IMG/VR virus record: IMGVR_UViG_3300020718_000007
Span: 20,390-84,389 of that record
Strand: one strand, 5' to 3'
Length of the DNA: 64,000 nt
From: a virus
Lineage: Duplodnaviria; Heunggongvirae; Uroviricota; Caudoviricetes
Shown here: piece by piece, positions 17,829-27,375 of the stretch
Position numbering within the stretch: the stretch's first letter is position 1
Layout: each line of letters starts with the position of its first letter
Notes under the pieces: model-generated
Told to the model about the DNA's origin: nothing
Databases searched by the model: none
The model's input: only the letters and a program-made list of their open reading frames with translations
Program-made: the position numbers and the translations under genes

Positions 17829-18503
17829 ATGAAGGTATTAATAGCAATAGCAAGTTGTAATAGGGACTCAAAGAATGGTTATAATCAAACAGTAAGGGAT
17901 ACCTGGTTAAGTGGTCATAACGTTGATTATAAATTCTTTTTAGGAGCAGGTTCTGCAGAACCCAAGAGTGATGAAGTTATACTTCCCTGCCCAGATGATT
18001 ATCTTAGTCTTCCATATAAAACCCTCGAAATATTGAAATGGGCTCTTTCTAATGGATATGATTACGTTTACAAATGTGACACCGATACATTTGTAATGTT
18101 AGAAAGATTATTATCTTCTGGCTTTGAAGAGTATGATTATGTAGGAACATTTAACGAAAAATTAGGAAAGCCTAATGTTGTCTATGGGACTTTATTTTCT
18201 TGGGCAAGCGGTGGTAGTGGTTATTGGTTATCTAAAAAAGCCGCGGAAGTAATTATTGCTAATGGCGTAAATGAAAAAGCAGTTTGTCCAAGATTAAGAA
18301 TTCCATGTGAGGATCTATGGGTAGGTCAATTACTTGGTCCAGGAATTCAAAGTGCAGCTATAAAAGCTTGGGATAATCCACGATACGGAAAGAGTTTTAG
18401 TGCGGATTATATAACTGATATTAGTTCTCATTATTGTTCAGAAGGGATGCACAGGAAATTTGATGTGTCTTGGATGATTAAACATTATAATACCAATAAA
18501 TAA
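17829..18503 (+). CDS. GT31 (galactosyltransferase/Fringe-like) glycosyltransferase
   Basis: VRDTW, DDYLSLPYKT, YVYKCDTDTFV, ASGGSGYWLS, EDLWVG. Confidence 0.8.
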   Translation: MKVLIAIASCNRDSKNGYNQTVRDTWLSGHNVDYKFFLGAGSAEPKSDEVILPCPDDYLSLPYKTLEILKWALSNGYDYVYKCDTDTFVMLERLLSSGFEEYDYVGTFNEKLGKPNVVYGTLFSWASGGSGYWLSKKAAEVIIANGVNEKAVCPRLRIPCEDLWVGQLLGPGIQSAAIKAWDNPRYGKSFSADYITDISSHYCSEGMHRKFDVSWMIKHYNTNK

Positions 18504-18504
18504 G

Positions 18505-19305
18505 ATGATTTGTAGTTTACAAGGTAGGATAGGAAACCAAATGTTCCAATATGCAATGGCCAGAGCTGGTGCAATTAGGCTCAATTGTGATTTAAAACTA
18601 AACATAAACAGATTAAAGAACAATTCATTATCTTCATTCAATTTATGTTTGTGGAAAGGGGTAAATTTGCCTATAGTTGATATAGAGCCTAATCCAATAT
18701 ATGAAGGTGATTTATTTTATAATCCTGCTATAGTTGCATACTTAAATTGTAACAGCTCATTAATTGGATATTGGCAAACTGAAAAATATTTTAAAACTAT
18801 CAAAGGAATACTGCAAGAAGAATTTGTACCAAGAGAACCTCTAACAGAAAGAGGATTAGAAACAGAAAGACTTATTAGAGAAGCGGGAGATCGTAGTGTT
18901 TTCCTCACTGTTAGAAGAACAGATTACGTAACTTCTGATTTTCATGGATTACTATCTATGGATTATTATAATCAGGCTTTATCTATTATGGCTAGTAAAG
19001 TTCCAAATCCCGTCATATTTGTTTTCTCTGATGAACCTGAATGGTGTAAAGAAAATTTACATTTTCCTTATGAGACTATTATAGCAGGAAATTATAATAT
19101 CTCAACCCCAGATAAAATGGGTAGAGAAGACGAAGAGCTTTGGCTAATGAGTCAATGTAAAAATGCCATAATGGCAAATAGCTCATATTCATGGTGGGGT
19201 GCTTGGTTAAATGATACAGGAGTAGTTATTGGACCTCAAAGGTGGTTACTTTCCGATAAGAAAAATACCTGTGACATCATGCCAGATAGATGGATCAAAA
19301 TATAA
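18505..19305 (+). CDS. Alpha-1,2-fucosyltransferase, GT11
   Basis: GRIGNQMFQYA, GYWQTEKYF, VRRTDY, FVFSDEPEW, MANSSYSWWGAWL. Confidence 0.9.
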   Translation: MICSLQGRIGNQMFQYAMARAGAIRLNCDLKLNINRLKNNSLSSFNLCLWKGVNLPIVDIEPNPIYEGDLFYNPAIVAYLNCNSSLIGYWQTEKYFKTIKGILQEEFVPREPLTERGLETERLIREAGDRSVFLTVRRTDYVTSDFHGLLSMDYYNQALSIMASKVPNPVIFVFSDEPEWCKENLHFPYETIIAGNYNISTPDKMGREDEELWLMSQCKNAIMANSSYSWWGAWLNDTGVVIGPQRWLLSDKKNTCDIMPDRWIKI

Positions 19306-19315
19306 ATATACTAAA

Positions 19316-19855
19316 ATGGAAGAAAAAGTACAGTACCTACATATTGGATGCGGAGCAAATATTTTACCAAAGCCTTTTTTTAATTTAGATGTACGAGAAT
19401 TACCAGGAGTGGATATTGTATCCCAAGCTGATGTATTATCAATTCCAGATAATATGTTTGACTTAGTTTACTCATCTCACGTATTAGAACATTTTTTAAA
19501 AGCGGATACTCAAAAAGTTCTTAATGAATGGGTTAGAGTTTTAAAACCGGGGGGTATTATTAGATTATCTGTTCCATCATTTGAAAATTTAATCAAGATC
19601 TATCAGAAAAGTGGAGACATTAGTTATGTTATAGGACCATTAGTTGGTGGGCAAACCTATGATCAAAACTTTCACTATAATGCTTTTGATACTAAATCAC
19701 TAACTGAGTATCTTATAAATGCCGGATGTGAAGCAGTTCATACATGGGATTATCGAAGAACTTCTCATAGTGGATTTTTTGATTTCTCACAAGCAACTAC
19801 AATGGAAATACCAATAAGTTTAAATCTTGAGGCTCGTAAAATAATAAAGGAATAA
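19316..19855 (+). CDS. Class I SAM-dependent methyltransferase (type 11-like)
   Basis: LHIGCG, YSSHVLEHF, RVLKPGGIIRLSVP; start moved from 19229 to ATG 19316, which follows TATAAATA at 19301-19308. Confidence 0.8.
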   Translation: MEEKVQYLHIGCGANILPKPFFNLDVRELPGVDIVSQADVLSIPDNMFDLVYSSHVLEHFLKADTQKVLNEWVRVLKPGGIIRLSVPSFENLIKIYQKSGDISYVIGPLVGGQTYDQNFHYNAFDTKSLTEYLINAGCEAVHTWDYRRTSHSGFFDFSQATTMEIPISLNLEARKIIKE

Positions 19856-20853
19856 TGAATTTAGATAATTGTAAGTATGTAGTCTGGGGATATAAAAATG
19901 TATATCATACTCATACACATATACACGAAGCTTTTTATAGAACCTTAAAATTAACAGGTAAAACTGTTGAATGGCTTGATGCTGCTGATGATATAAGGGA
20001 TAAAGATTTTAGCAATACCTTCTTTATTAGTAATTCGGATTGCATTAATAACTCTTATTGGCCATGGAAAACTCCTATAATTTCTAGTATACCTCTTCGT
20101 ACTGATTGTTTCTATGCAATACATGGGTTAAATAATGATGCCGCAGTAAGTGATATATTAAGGCCATTCAAAAATAAACTAAGTTGGAATGTATTAACAA
20201 CTGAGACATGGACTAAAAATATTATTCCACCGTGGTTTCCTGCACCCGAAGGAAGAATTGATCTAGATGTAGAAGCTCCATTCTGGCCTAAGGAGGGAAA
20301 TTTACAATTTAGATGGGCAACAGATTTAATTCCTTCAGAGATAGAAGCTAATAAGCCAAAAGAAATGCTAAGCCTAAAAAATAAAGTAGTCCATTATATT
20401 GGTACTTTATGGTGGGTAAATGAGAAGGAATTAGCAGAATTCAGAAGAGCTTGTATAGATGATGGAGTTGAGTTTAAACAAACAGGTGCCGGACAAGATG
20501 GTGTAATATCTCACGAAGATAATATTAGAATGGTTAGGGAATCTTATATGGCCCCTTCTATTTCTGGTACTCATCATTTAACAGAGGGGTATGCCCCATG
20601 TAGAATATTTAAGAATATTAGTTATGGCCAATTTGGTATTACAAATTCCAAATACGTTAATGAATTATTTGAAAATAGATTAATATACAATCCTGATCCA
20701 TATCAGTTATATTTTGATGCAAAAGAAAGACTACAAAATATGCATGTATCAGAATTACATGAATTGATGGATTTTGTAGCGGCAAAACACACATATTTGA
20801 ATAGATTAGACATATTAAAAAAAGCAGCTCAAATAATAATCGATAATGGATAA
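19855..20853 (+). CDS. Putative glycosyltransferase (GT-B/CgeB-like C-terminus)
   Basis: CRIFKNISYGQFGITNS and HTYLNRL resemble CgeB/YkvP-type motifs; cluster context. Confidence 0.45.
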   Translation: MNLDNCKYVVWGYKNVYHTHTHIHEAFYRTLKLTGKTVEWLDAADDIRDKDFSNTFFISNSDCINNSYWPWKTPIISSIPLRTDCFYAIHGLNNDAAVSDILRPFKNKLSWNVLTTETWTKNIIPPWFPAPEGRIDLDVEAPFWPKEGNLQFRWATDLIPSEIEANKPKEMLSLKNKVVHYIGTLWWVNEKELAEFRRACIDDGVEFKQTGAGQDGVISHEDNIRMVRESYMAPSISGTHHLTEGYAPCRIFKNISYGQFGITNSKYVNELFENRLIYNPDPYQLYFDAKERLQNMHVSELHELMDFVAAKHTYLNRLDILKKAAQIIIDNG

Positions 20854-21625
20854 GTTAAATTACTTAGATTGGGTTAGTAATGAATACAATTTATGGTCTA
20901 ATTTTTTACAAAAATGTAAGGGCGATAATTTTTTGAACTTTAAATCACAGGAACAAATTATTAGAATGGTCGGAGCCTCTTCATTAGAAGGTCTTTTCTC
21001 TTCTAGATTACAAGATTATGGATTTAGATGGGAGGAAATAGAACAGATTGATAATATAGGAAATCCCCCGCAAACAGAGAATATTGGCAATAGTAAAATT
21101 AGTACAATAACTCTAAGATATTTATATTATGCAAATATAATATTAGATAAGATAAAAGAAAATTCAGAGATAAGAATTGTTGAAATTGGCGGGGGATATG
21201 GAGGATTTTGTTCTATTATGGATTATCTGGCTAATTTTAGAAGGATTAAAATAGATCATTATTCAATCTATGATTTGCCAGGTGTACAATCATTCCAAAA
21301 ATACTATTTAAACGAAGTAATAGATTTTAATAAAGAATTTGGTATTAAAAATCTAGGATTTCTAGATTCTCAAAATCTTAATTTATTTACCAATGACCAT
21401 AATTATTTGATAAGTTTTTATGCTTTGGGTGAATTTGACGAAAAGACAAAATACAATTATATAGATAAGGTTGTATCAAAGGTAGATCACGGATTTATTT
21501 TATGGAATCCGCATCTTGATCATGATCCTATCGGAGAGGAAATGTTAAGAAAATATCATCCTTACTTGAAAATGAAAAAAGAAGATCCGGAAACATCTTC
21601 CTTTAACATGGAAATAATATTCTAA
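20846..21625 (+). CDS. Putative sugar O-methyltransferase
   Basis: LRYLYYA...IVEIGGGYGG...IYDLP...ISFYALGE. Confidence 0.7.
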   Translation: MDKLNYLDWVSNEYNLWSNFLQKCKGDNFLNFKSQEQIIRMVGASSLEGLFSSRLQDYGFRWEEIEQIDNIGNPPQTENIGNSKISTITLRYLYYANIILDKIKENSEIRIVEIGGGYGGFCSIMDYLANFRRIKIDHYSIYDLPGVQSFQKYYLNEVIDFNKEFGIKNLGFLDSQNLNLFTNDHNYLISFYALGEFDEKTKYNYIDKVVSKVDHGFILWNPHLDHDPIGEEMLRKYHPYLKMKKEDPETSSFNMEIIF

Positions 21626-21627
21626 AA

Positions 21628-23199
21628 ATGAAAATACTAATAACAGGCAGTTCTGGACTTATAGGTGGTGAAGCAGTATCTTATTTTGATAAATTAGGAC
21701 ATACTGTTATTGGCATAGATAATAATATGCGTAAGGAATTTTTTGGCGACCAAGGAGATACCGAATGGAATTTACATAGGATATACCACAATTGTAAAAA
21801 TTTCACACATGTAAATGTTGATATTAGAGACTATGAATCTATGGAACATTGGGCATTTAATGTACATGCACCATTTGATGCTATCATCCATTGTGCTGCT
21901 CAACCCTCTCATGATAAGGCAAAAGACATACCAATAATTGATTTTCAGGTAAATGCTTTGGGAACATTAAATCTTTTGGAGCTAACAAGGAAACATTGTC
22001 CTAATGCAGTCTTTATATTTACCAGCACAAATAAAGTTTATGGTGATGCCCCTAATGAAATACCTATGATAGAATTAGATAAACGATATGATTATCGTGA
22101 CCTAGATTATATTAATGGTATAAAGGAGGATTTTAGAATAGATCAAAGTACACATTCCGTTTTTGGCGCATCAAAGGTAGCAGCGGATGTAATGGTTCAA
22201 GAATATGGACGTTATTTTAGAATGAAGACGTGTGTATTTAGGGGTGGGTGTTTAACTGGACCAACTCATTCCAGTGTAGAACTGCATGGATTTCTTTCTT
22301 ATCTAGTTAAGTGTGCAGTATTGGGAAAACATTATACAGTTTTTGGTTATAAGGGAAAACAAGTAAGAGATAATATTCATAGCTATGACGTTGTCCGTGC
22401 AATGGAAGAAGTTATAAAAAATCCAATTCCTGGGTCTGTTTATAATATTGGGGGTGGCAGGGAAAATAGTATTTCTATGTTGGAAGCTATAGATAAAATA
22501 GAAAGTATTACCGGAAAAAAATTAGATTGGTCTTATGATGACACTAATCGAGTTGGTGATCACATTTGTTACATTACGGATTTAAGTAAATTTAAAAAAG
22601 ATTATCCAGAGTGGAATATAACTAAATCAATAGACCAGACTTTATTAGAAATTATTGGAGGAAGCAGGGGAATTACTACAGAAAGGTATATGCCAGGAGA
22701 TGGCGGAGATGATTATTTTGAAGCCTATGCGAAGCCCTTGGAAAAGCTTGGAAGAGGTAGAGTTTTAGATATTGGTTGTGGATCTGGATTTTTTACAAGG
22801 AGGCTCGCTGAAAATCCTAAAGTAGATTCAATTATTGCCACTGATAAATTTAATGGTTATAAAGCTCCAAATCCAAAAGTAGATTACCAGATTATCACTA
22901 CAGAAGAACTGATAGAAAGTGATCCTGGAAAATTTGATGTAATTTGTTCAACCGAACATATAGAGCATTTAAATCATCCAACACAATTCAAATTATTGGA
23001 TTGGATAAAAACAAGGTTAACAGAAGATGGCGTATTCATAGGATCTATGCCCTATAGGGATGATCCAAAAAATCCTGATCCTTATCATAAAATGACCATG
23101 AATATGGACGAATGGGAAGGGATATTGAAAATGAGGTTTTCTACTGTTAATATTTATTCCACGGATCAAAGGTCTTATTATTGGGAGGCATGTCTGTAA
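21628..23199 (+). CDS. CDP-paratose 2-epimerase-like NAD-dependent SDR fused to SAM methyltransferase
   Basis: ITGSSGLIG, HCAAQPSHD, STNKVYG, FGASKVAAD, FRGGCLTG, GKQVRDNIH; C-terminal VLDIGCGSG...EHIEH. Confidence 0.85.
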   Translation: MKILITGSSGLIGGEAVSYFDKLGHTVIGIDNNMRKEFFGDQGDTEWNLHRIYHNCKNFTHVNVDIRDYESMEHWAFNVHAPFDAIIHCAAQPSHDKAKDIPIIDFQVNALGTLNLLELTRKHCPNAVFIFTSTNKVYGDAPNEIPMIELDKRYDYRDLDYINGIKEDFRIDQSTHSVFGASKVAADVMVQEYGRYFRMKTCVFRGGCLTGPTHSSVELHGFLSYLVKCAVLGKHYTVFGYKGKQVRDNIHSYDVVRAMEEVIKNPIPGSVYNIGGGRENSISMLEAIDKIESITGKKLDWSYDDTNRVGDHICYITDLSKFKKDYPEWNITKSIDQTLLEIIGGSRGITTERYMPGDGGDDYFEAYAKPLEKLGRGRVLDIGCGSGFFTRRLAENPKVDSIIATDKFNGYKAPNPKVDYQIITTEELIESDPGKFDVICSTEHIEHLNHPTQFKLLDWIKTRLTEDGVFIGSMPYRDDPKNPDPYHKMTMNMDEWEGILKMRFSTVNIYSTDQRSYYWEACL

Positions 23200-23224
23200 C
23201 TTTTTATCTGGTTATTTGTATAAT
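23196..23224 (+). promoter_or_regulatory. Putative class II promoter GTAACTTT-N15-TATAAT
   Basis: Same spacing as at 7317 and 36350; ATG 5 nt downstream. Confidence 0.55.
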
Positions 23225-23229
23225 AAAAG

Positions 23230-23343
23230 ATGAATTACAAGGATTTAATTTATAGGGAAATAGAAGCAATTAATAAAATCCCGACTGAGCAGGTAGAAAA
23301 ACTTGTAGGAATTTTATTAATTCGTAATAATTTTTTAAATTAA
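23230..23343 (+). pseudogene. 5' remnant of a kdsD-like SIS gene (37 aa)
   Basis: MNYKDLIYREIEAINKIPTEQVEKLVGILL aligns with the N-terminus of the intact minus-strand copy (MNKIKDLIRKEIEFIEKIPINENYNILVELI); not in ORF track. Confidence 0.7.
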
Positions 23344-23931
23344 CTCTCTTGCTTTTAGATTCAAATAACCAGAATGGTGGAATTTAGCATACTTTTCTTT
23401 AGTAAATCCTATTTTCTCTGTAATTAAAGTAATAATAACATCCCCGATAATTTTCATTAAAGTTGTTGATATAGAGGGTGCTAATCCTAATGGACATAAT
23501 TCTTCACTTTTCCCTGTGTACAAAGATAGATCAGATTTTTTTATAAGAGTTCCTTCCAAATTTCCAGTAATTGATATTATTTTTATGTCTGAGGATATTT
23601 TTTTAGTAAGTTCTACTAATTCTATTATTTCTCTTGTTTCTCCCGAATTTGATAATAAAATTAAAATATCATTAATTCCAATTATTCCTAAATCTCCATG
23701 CTGTGCTTCTGTCGGATGTAAGAAAATAGACGGAACACCTATAGAAGTGAGGGTAGATGCCATATTATTTGCAATTTGGCCAGCTTTACCAATCCCGGTT
23801 AAAATTAATTTATTATGATTTATATGTATTCTATTATAAATTAATTCAACAAGAATATTATAGTTTTCGTTTATTGGAATTTTTTCTATAAATTCTATTT
23901 CTTTTCTTATAAGATCCTTAATCTTATTCAT
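23335..23931 (-). CDS. kdsD: Arabinose-5-phosphate isomerase, SIS-only (no CBS domains)
   Basis: TGIGKAGQIA, FLHPTEAQHGDLG, SNSGETREI, ELCPLGLAP, FHHSGYL. Confidence 0.88.
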   Translation of the reverse strand: MNKIKDLIRKEIEFIEKIPINENYNILVELIYNRIHINHNKLILTGIGKAGQIANNMASTLTSIGVPSIFLHPTEAQHGDLGIIGINDILILLSNSGETREIIELVELTKKISSDIKIISITGNLEGTLIKKSDLSLYTGKSEELCPLGLAPSISTTLMKIIGDVIITLITEKIGFTKEKYAKFHHSGYLNLKARELI

Positions 23932-24670
23932 TATAGTAATTTTTTATTTTCTCATTATATCTTTCCATAAATACTATCTCGCCTGATAATATTTTGTCTT
24001 TTATATCAATGATTTTAATAGGATTAATGCAATGTGTTATTTTATATTTTAGTCCATTATTATTACAATATAATATTGCCGCCTCTTTTTTCCTAACTAT
24101 TGTATTTGAATTCCATAATTTCTTTGGTTTTAATTCAACTAAATATTTATTTTCTATTACAAAATCTGGTAGATAATTTTTTATTTTATTATCTTGGTCT
24201 TTATATGGAATCTTTATATACTCTGCATTTTCCCATTTCAAATTAAATCTTTCTATTACATTAATCATATATGATAATTCTAATAAACTTCTAAAATGCC
24301 ATCCCTTATACCATCCGCACCATCCATTTCCTACTCCAGTTGGTATTGGTTTACCATACATGGGATTTTTTTCGCCTTTATTCTGTATAGATTTTTTATT
24401 TTTTAACTCTTCAATCTTTAAATTTGCTTCTTTAATTCCATATTTTTTTACCCATTGATTATAATAAGTTCTTCCATACATGGGATTTTTTTCGCCACAA
24501 AATTTTAAATTAATTTCTATACCATACTTTTTTAAATATTTACTAATTAGTTGTCTTGTATGATTTAATTCTATTGCTATTTCTTTGATTTGCATTCCTT
24601 TTACTACATATAGCTCATATAATATTTCCTTATTAAAATTAATTTTATTTCTTCTTCTTATATTAGACAT
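23924..24670 (-). mobile_element. Putative homing endonuclease (helix-turn-helix + NUMOD3 + TnsA-like nuclease)
   Basis: Two GEKNPMYG motifs; GWYKGWHFRSLLELSYMINVIERF..YLPDF..VELKPK, paralog of 7351..8241; GATATATA at 24693-24700. Confidence 0.75.
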
Positions 24671-24720
24671 AACTTGTGGAATGGGATTTATCTATATATC
24701 TAATTACTAAATTGAAATAA

Positions 24721-24748
24721 GAAATTTTTTAAAATAATATGCTATAAT
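24721..24748 (+). promoter_or_regulatory. Putative class II promoter GAAATTTT-N14-TATAAT
   Basis: Directly upstream of kdsA ATG. Confidence 0.55.
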
Positions 24749-24753
24749 TTAAT

Positions 24754-25533
24754 ATGAAATTAATAGCTGGCCCTTGCGTAATAGAGGATGAAAAAATTAC
24801 AATGTCTATTGCTAGGAAACTAAAAAAGAATTTAGACCCGGAGATAGATTTCTACTTTAAGGCAAGTTTTAAGAAAGCTAATAGAACCAGTATTAAAAGC
24901 TTTACTGGTATTCCTTATGAAGAAAGTATCGCCATTCTTAAAAAAATTAAAGAAACCCTTCATTTAAAAGTTTGTACTGATATCCATGAAATATTGGATT
25001 TGGCAGAATTGGATTTCATAGACGTTATACAAATTCCAGCTTTTTTATGTAGGCAAACAGACCTAATAATTGCTGCTGGAAAAACTGGAAAAATTGTTAA
25101 TATTAAAAAAGGACAATTTATGAGTCCGGAAGCAATGTCATTTAGTGTAGAAAAAGCATTATATTCAGGAGCTTCTGAGGTTTGGGTTACTGAAAGAGGT
25201 ACAACCTTTGGTTATAATGATTTAGTTGTCGATGCTACCTCTATTCCAAGAATCAAAACATCATGTGGATGTGTAGCTATTATGGATGCAACCCATAGCT
25301 TACAGAAACCTAATCAAACGTCGGGTATAACACACGGTTCAGATAAATCCCTCTCAAGAATATTAATGAGACAAGCAGTAGTTTCGGGGGCAGATGGAAT
25401 ATTTATGGAAGTACATACAAGTCCAAATGAATCTCTTTCAGATAAAGAAACCATATTACAAATTGATAAAGGTATTAAATGGGCAAACGAAGCATATAAA
25501 ATTTCCAAACTTCTAAAAAACCAAATCGACTAA
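24754..25533 (+). CDS. kdsA: KDO-8-phosphate synthase
   Basis: LIAGPCVIE, KASFKKANRTS, QIPAFLCRQTDL, NIKKGQF, ERGTTFGYNDLVVD, DATHSLQ, DGIFMEVH. Confidence 0.93.
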   Translation: MKLIAGPCVIEDEKITMSIARKLKKNLDPEIDFYFKASFKKANRTSIKSFTGIPYEESIAILKKIKETLHLKVCTDIHEILDLAELDFIDVIQIPAFLCRQTDLIIAAGKTGKIVNIKKGQFMSPEAMSFSVEKALYSGASEVWVTERGTTFGYNDLVVDATSIPRIKTSCGCVAIMDATHSLQKPNQTSGITHGSDKSLSRILMRQAVVSGADGIFMEVHTSPNESLSDKETILQIDKGIKWANEAYKISKLLKNQID

Positions 25534-26240
25534 TGAAAGAGATGGATATAGTCATAGTTAGCTATGCAAAAAACAAAAAATGCTGGGATTTAACATATGA
25601 ATGTATAAATTCACTATTCTCCTCTGAAGAAGAGATAAATTTTAATGTGTTTGTAGTAGAATCCCAAAAGGATGTTAATTGGTCGGAAATCTTTAAAAGA
25701 ACTAAGACAATCTATCCAGAAACTTCTTATGGATACCATAAATATTTGAACCTAGGTAGGAAGGAGGGAAATGCTGATTTTGTAGCACTTTGTAATAACG
25801 ATTTGATATTTAAAAAGAAATGGGCATCAAAAATATTCGAGGCTTCTAATTATAATCCCAATTACTTCTCTTTTTCTCCAATCTGTCCAAAAACTCAGCC
25901 ACTTTATGGAATACAGATAAATTCCGGACTTATCAAAGGTTATATTATTAGAAAACATATTTCTGGATGGTGTATCGTCCAGAAAAGGAGTATATATAAT
26001 ACTATTGGTGATTTAGATGAAAATTTTGTACATTGGTTTGCAGACGAGGACTATGCACAAACTCTAATTGTTAATAATATAAATCATATGTTGGTAACAA
26101 CATCTATAGTAGAGCATCATTCTAATAATTTGGGCAAAACAACAACCGAATTAATTACGGATCCTGATGAATTATATAGATTAACAACAGGTGCTAAGAA
26201 AATATTTGATAATAAATGGAACAAGAATGAAAAGTTATAA
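25533..26240 (+). CDS. Glycosyltransferase family 2
   Basis: DIVIVSY, FVVES, YHKYLNLG, LCNNDL, GDLDENFVHWFADEDY. Confidence 0.8.
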   Translation: MKEMDIVIVSYAKNKKCWDLTYECINSLFSSEEEINFNVFVVESQKDVNWSEIFKRTKTIYPETSYGYHKYLNLGRKEGNADFVALCNNDLIFKKKWASKIFEASNYNPNYFSFSPICPKTQPLYGIQINSGLIKGYIIRKHISGWCIVQKRSIYNTIGDLDENFVHWFADEDYAQTLIVNNINHMLVTTSIVEHHSNNLGKTTTELITDPDELYRLTTGAKKIFDNKWNKNEKL

Positions 26241-27141
26241 GAGAAATTGTTCAAATTGTGGACAAGAGAAAATTTATTATAATAAATCTAATTATAATCG
26301 TGATGTAAGAAATAGTTCTGTTTGTAATAAATGTTCCAAATTAGTATATAAAAATACCAATTTTTCTAGGAATTGTCCTAATCCCACCAATAGTAAAATA
26401 TGTAAAGAAATAATATATTATAGTTCTGAGAAAAATTTAGAATTAGCGGATAATAAAAATTCAATATGTTATTCTTGTTCTCAATTAGGCATGTTACCAA
26501 AGGATTCCGTATATTTTATAGATTGTAAAAATCCGGATAGTAATAAGAATTGTTTAGGAAAAATATTTTATAAAACTAAATTTGGTTATGAAAGGGCAAT
26601 AAAGAATAATAAGTTATTATGCAGAAAATGCTGTAATAGTGGTAGTAAATATAGTGATATAGAAAGAACACATCAGAGAGAAGCTAGATTGAAATTTCTA
26701 GAATCTGTATTCCATATTTTATCATATAATAAAAATTCAATTCATGTCTTAGATTTTATTTCTAATTCTATTCATAGTTTTATACAACACGCAGAGAATA
26801 ACGGAGAATATAGAATAAATGGATATTCTTTAGATGGTTATATAAAAAATCTTAATATTCCCATCGAATTTGATGAAAATAACCACCATTATAGGCATGG
26901 TAAGTTATTAGAAAAAGATCTTATTAGACAAAGTAGAATTAGTGAAAAATTAAAATGCAAGTATTTCCTAAGAATAAGGATTAAGAAGAATGGTTATATT
27001 TTAGATATTTACAGAAATCAAGAAATTATTAATTCGTTCTATTTTGAATGTAACGAAACTTATCAAGGGGTTCTAATAGATAATTTTGAAATCTTATTGA
27101 GAGATTGCAATATAAGTAGATATAACGTCAAATGTGACTAA
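26227..27141 (+). mobile_element. Putative homing endonuclease (three Zn-ribbon repeats + Vsr/EDxHD-like nuclease)
   Basis: Three RNC...IYY...C..C modules; YSLDGY...IEFDENNHH; start moved from 26191 to ATG 26227. Confidence 0.65.
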
Positions 27142-27373
27142 GAAGGAAGAATTACCTGAATATGGAAAACACATATTTTTAACATGTACCGGTAAAAAGA
27201 CGACATGGAAAATTTATAGACACCCGGATAAAGTTCTTGACAATTTGGCAATTGTAGAAAAAACTGTCAATAAAAAGAAACCAGATAAGAAGTGGATAGT
27301 AGGTAAAGATTACATAGATTGGGTAAAAAACTTAGTTGAACAAGGTTATACCTGTAAAATAGAGGAAGATTAG
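27134..27373 (+). CDS. Hypothetical protein
   Basis: 79 aa ORF coupled to neighbours. Confidence 0.55.
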   Translation: MTKKEELPEYGKHIFLTCTGKKTTWKIYRHPDKVLDNLAIVEKTVNKKKPDKKWIVGKDYIDWVKNLVEQGYTCKIEED

Positions 27374-27375
27374 CC

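Noticed and set aside
24354-24496. Exact 23-nt direct repeat 120 nt apart as a mobile-element boundary
   Set aside because: Both copies encode the GEKNPMYG NUMOD3 motif inside the endonuclease ORF
14795-26240. Bacterial O-antigen/capsule locus (contamination or chimeric contig)
   Set aside because: Same AT content, same promoter motifs and interspersed phage-type endonucleases as the flanks; no wzx/wzy/ABC export genes
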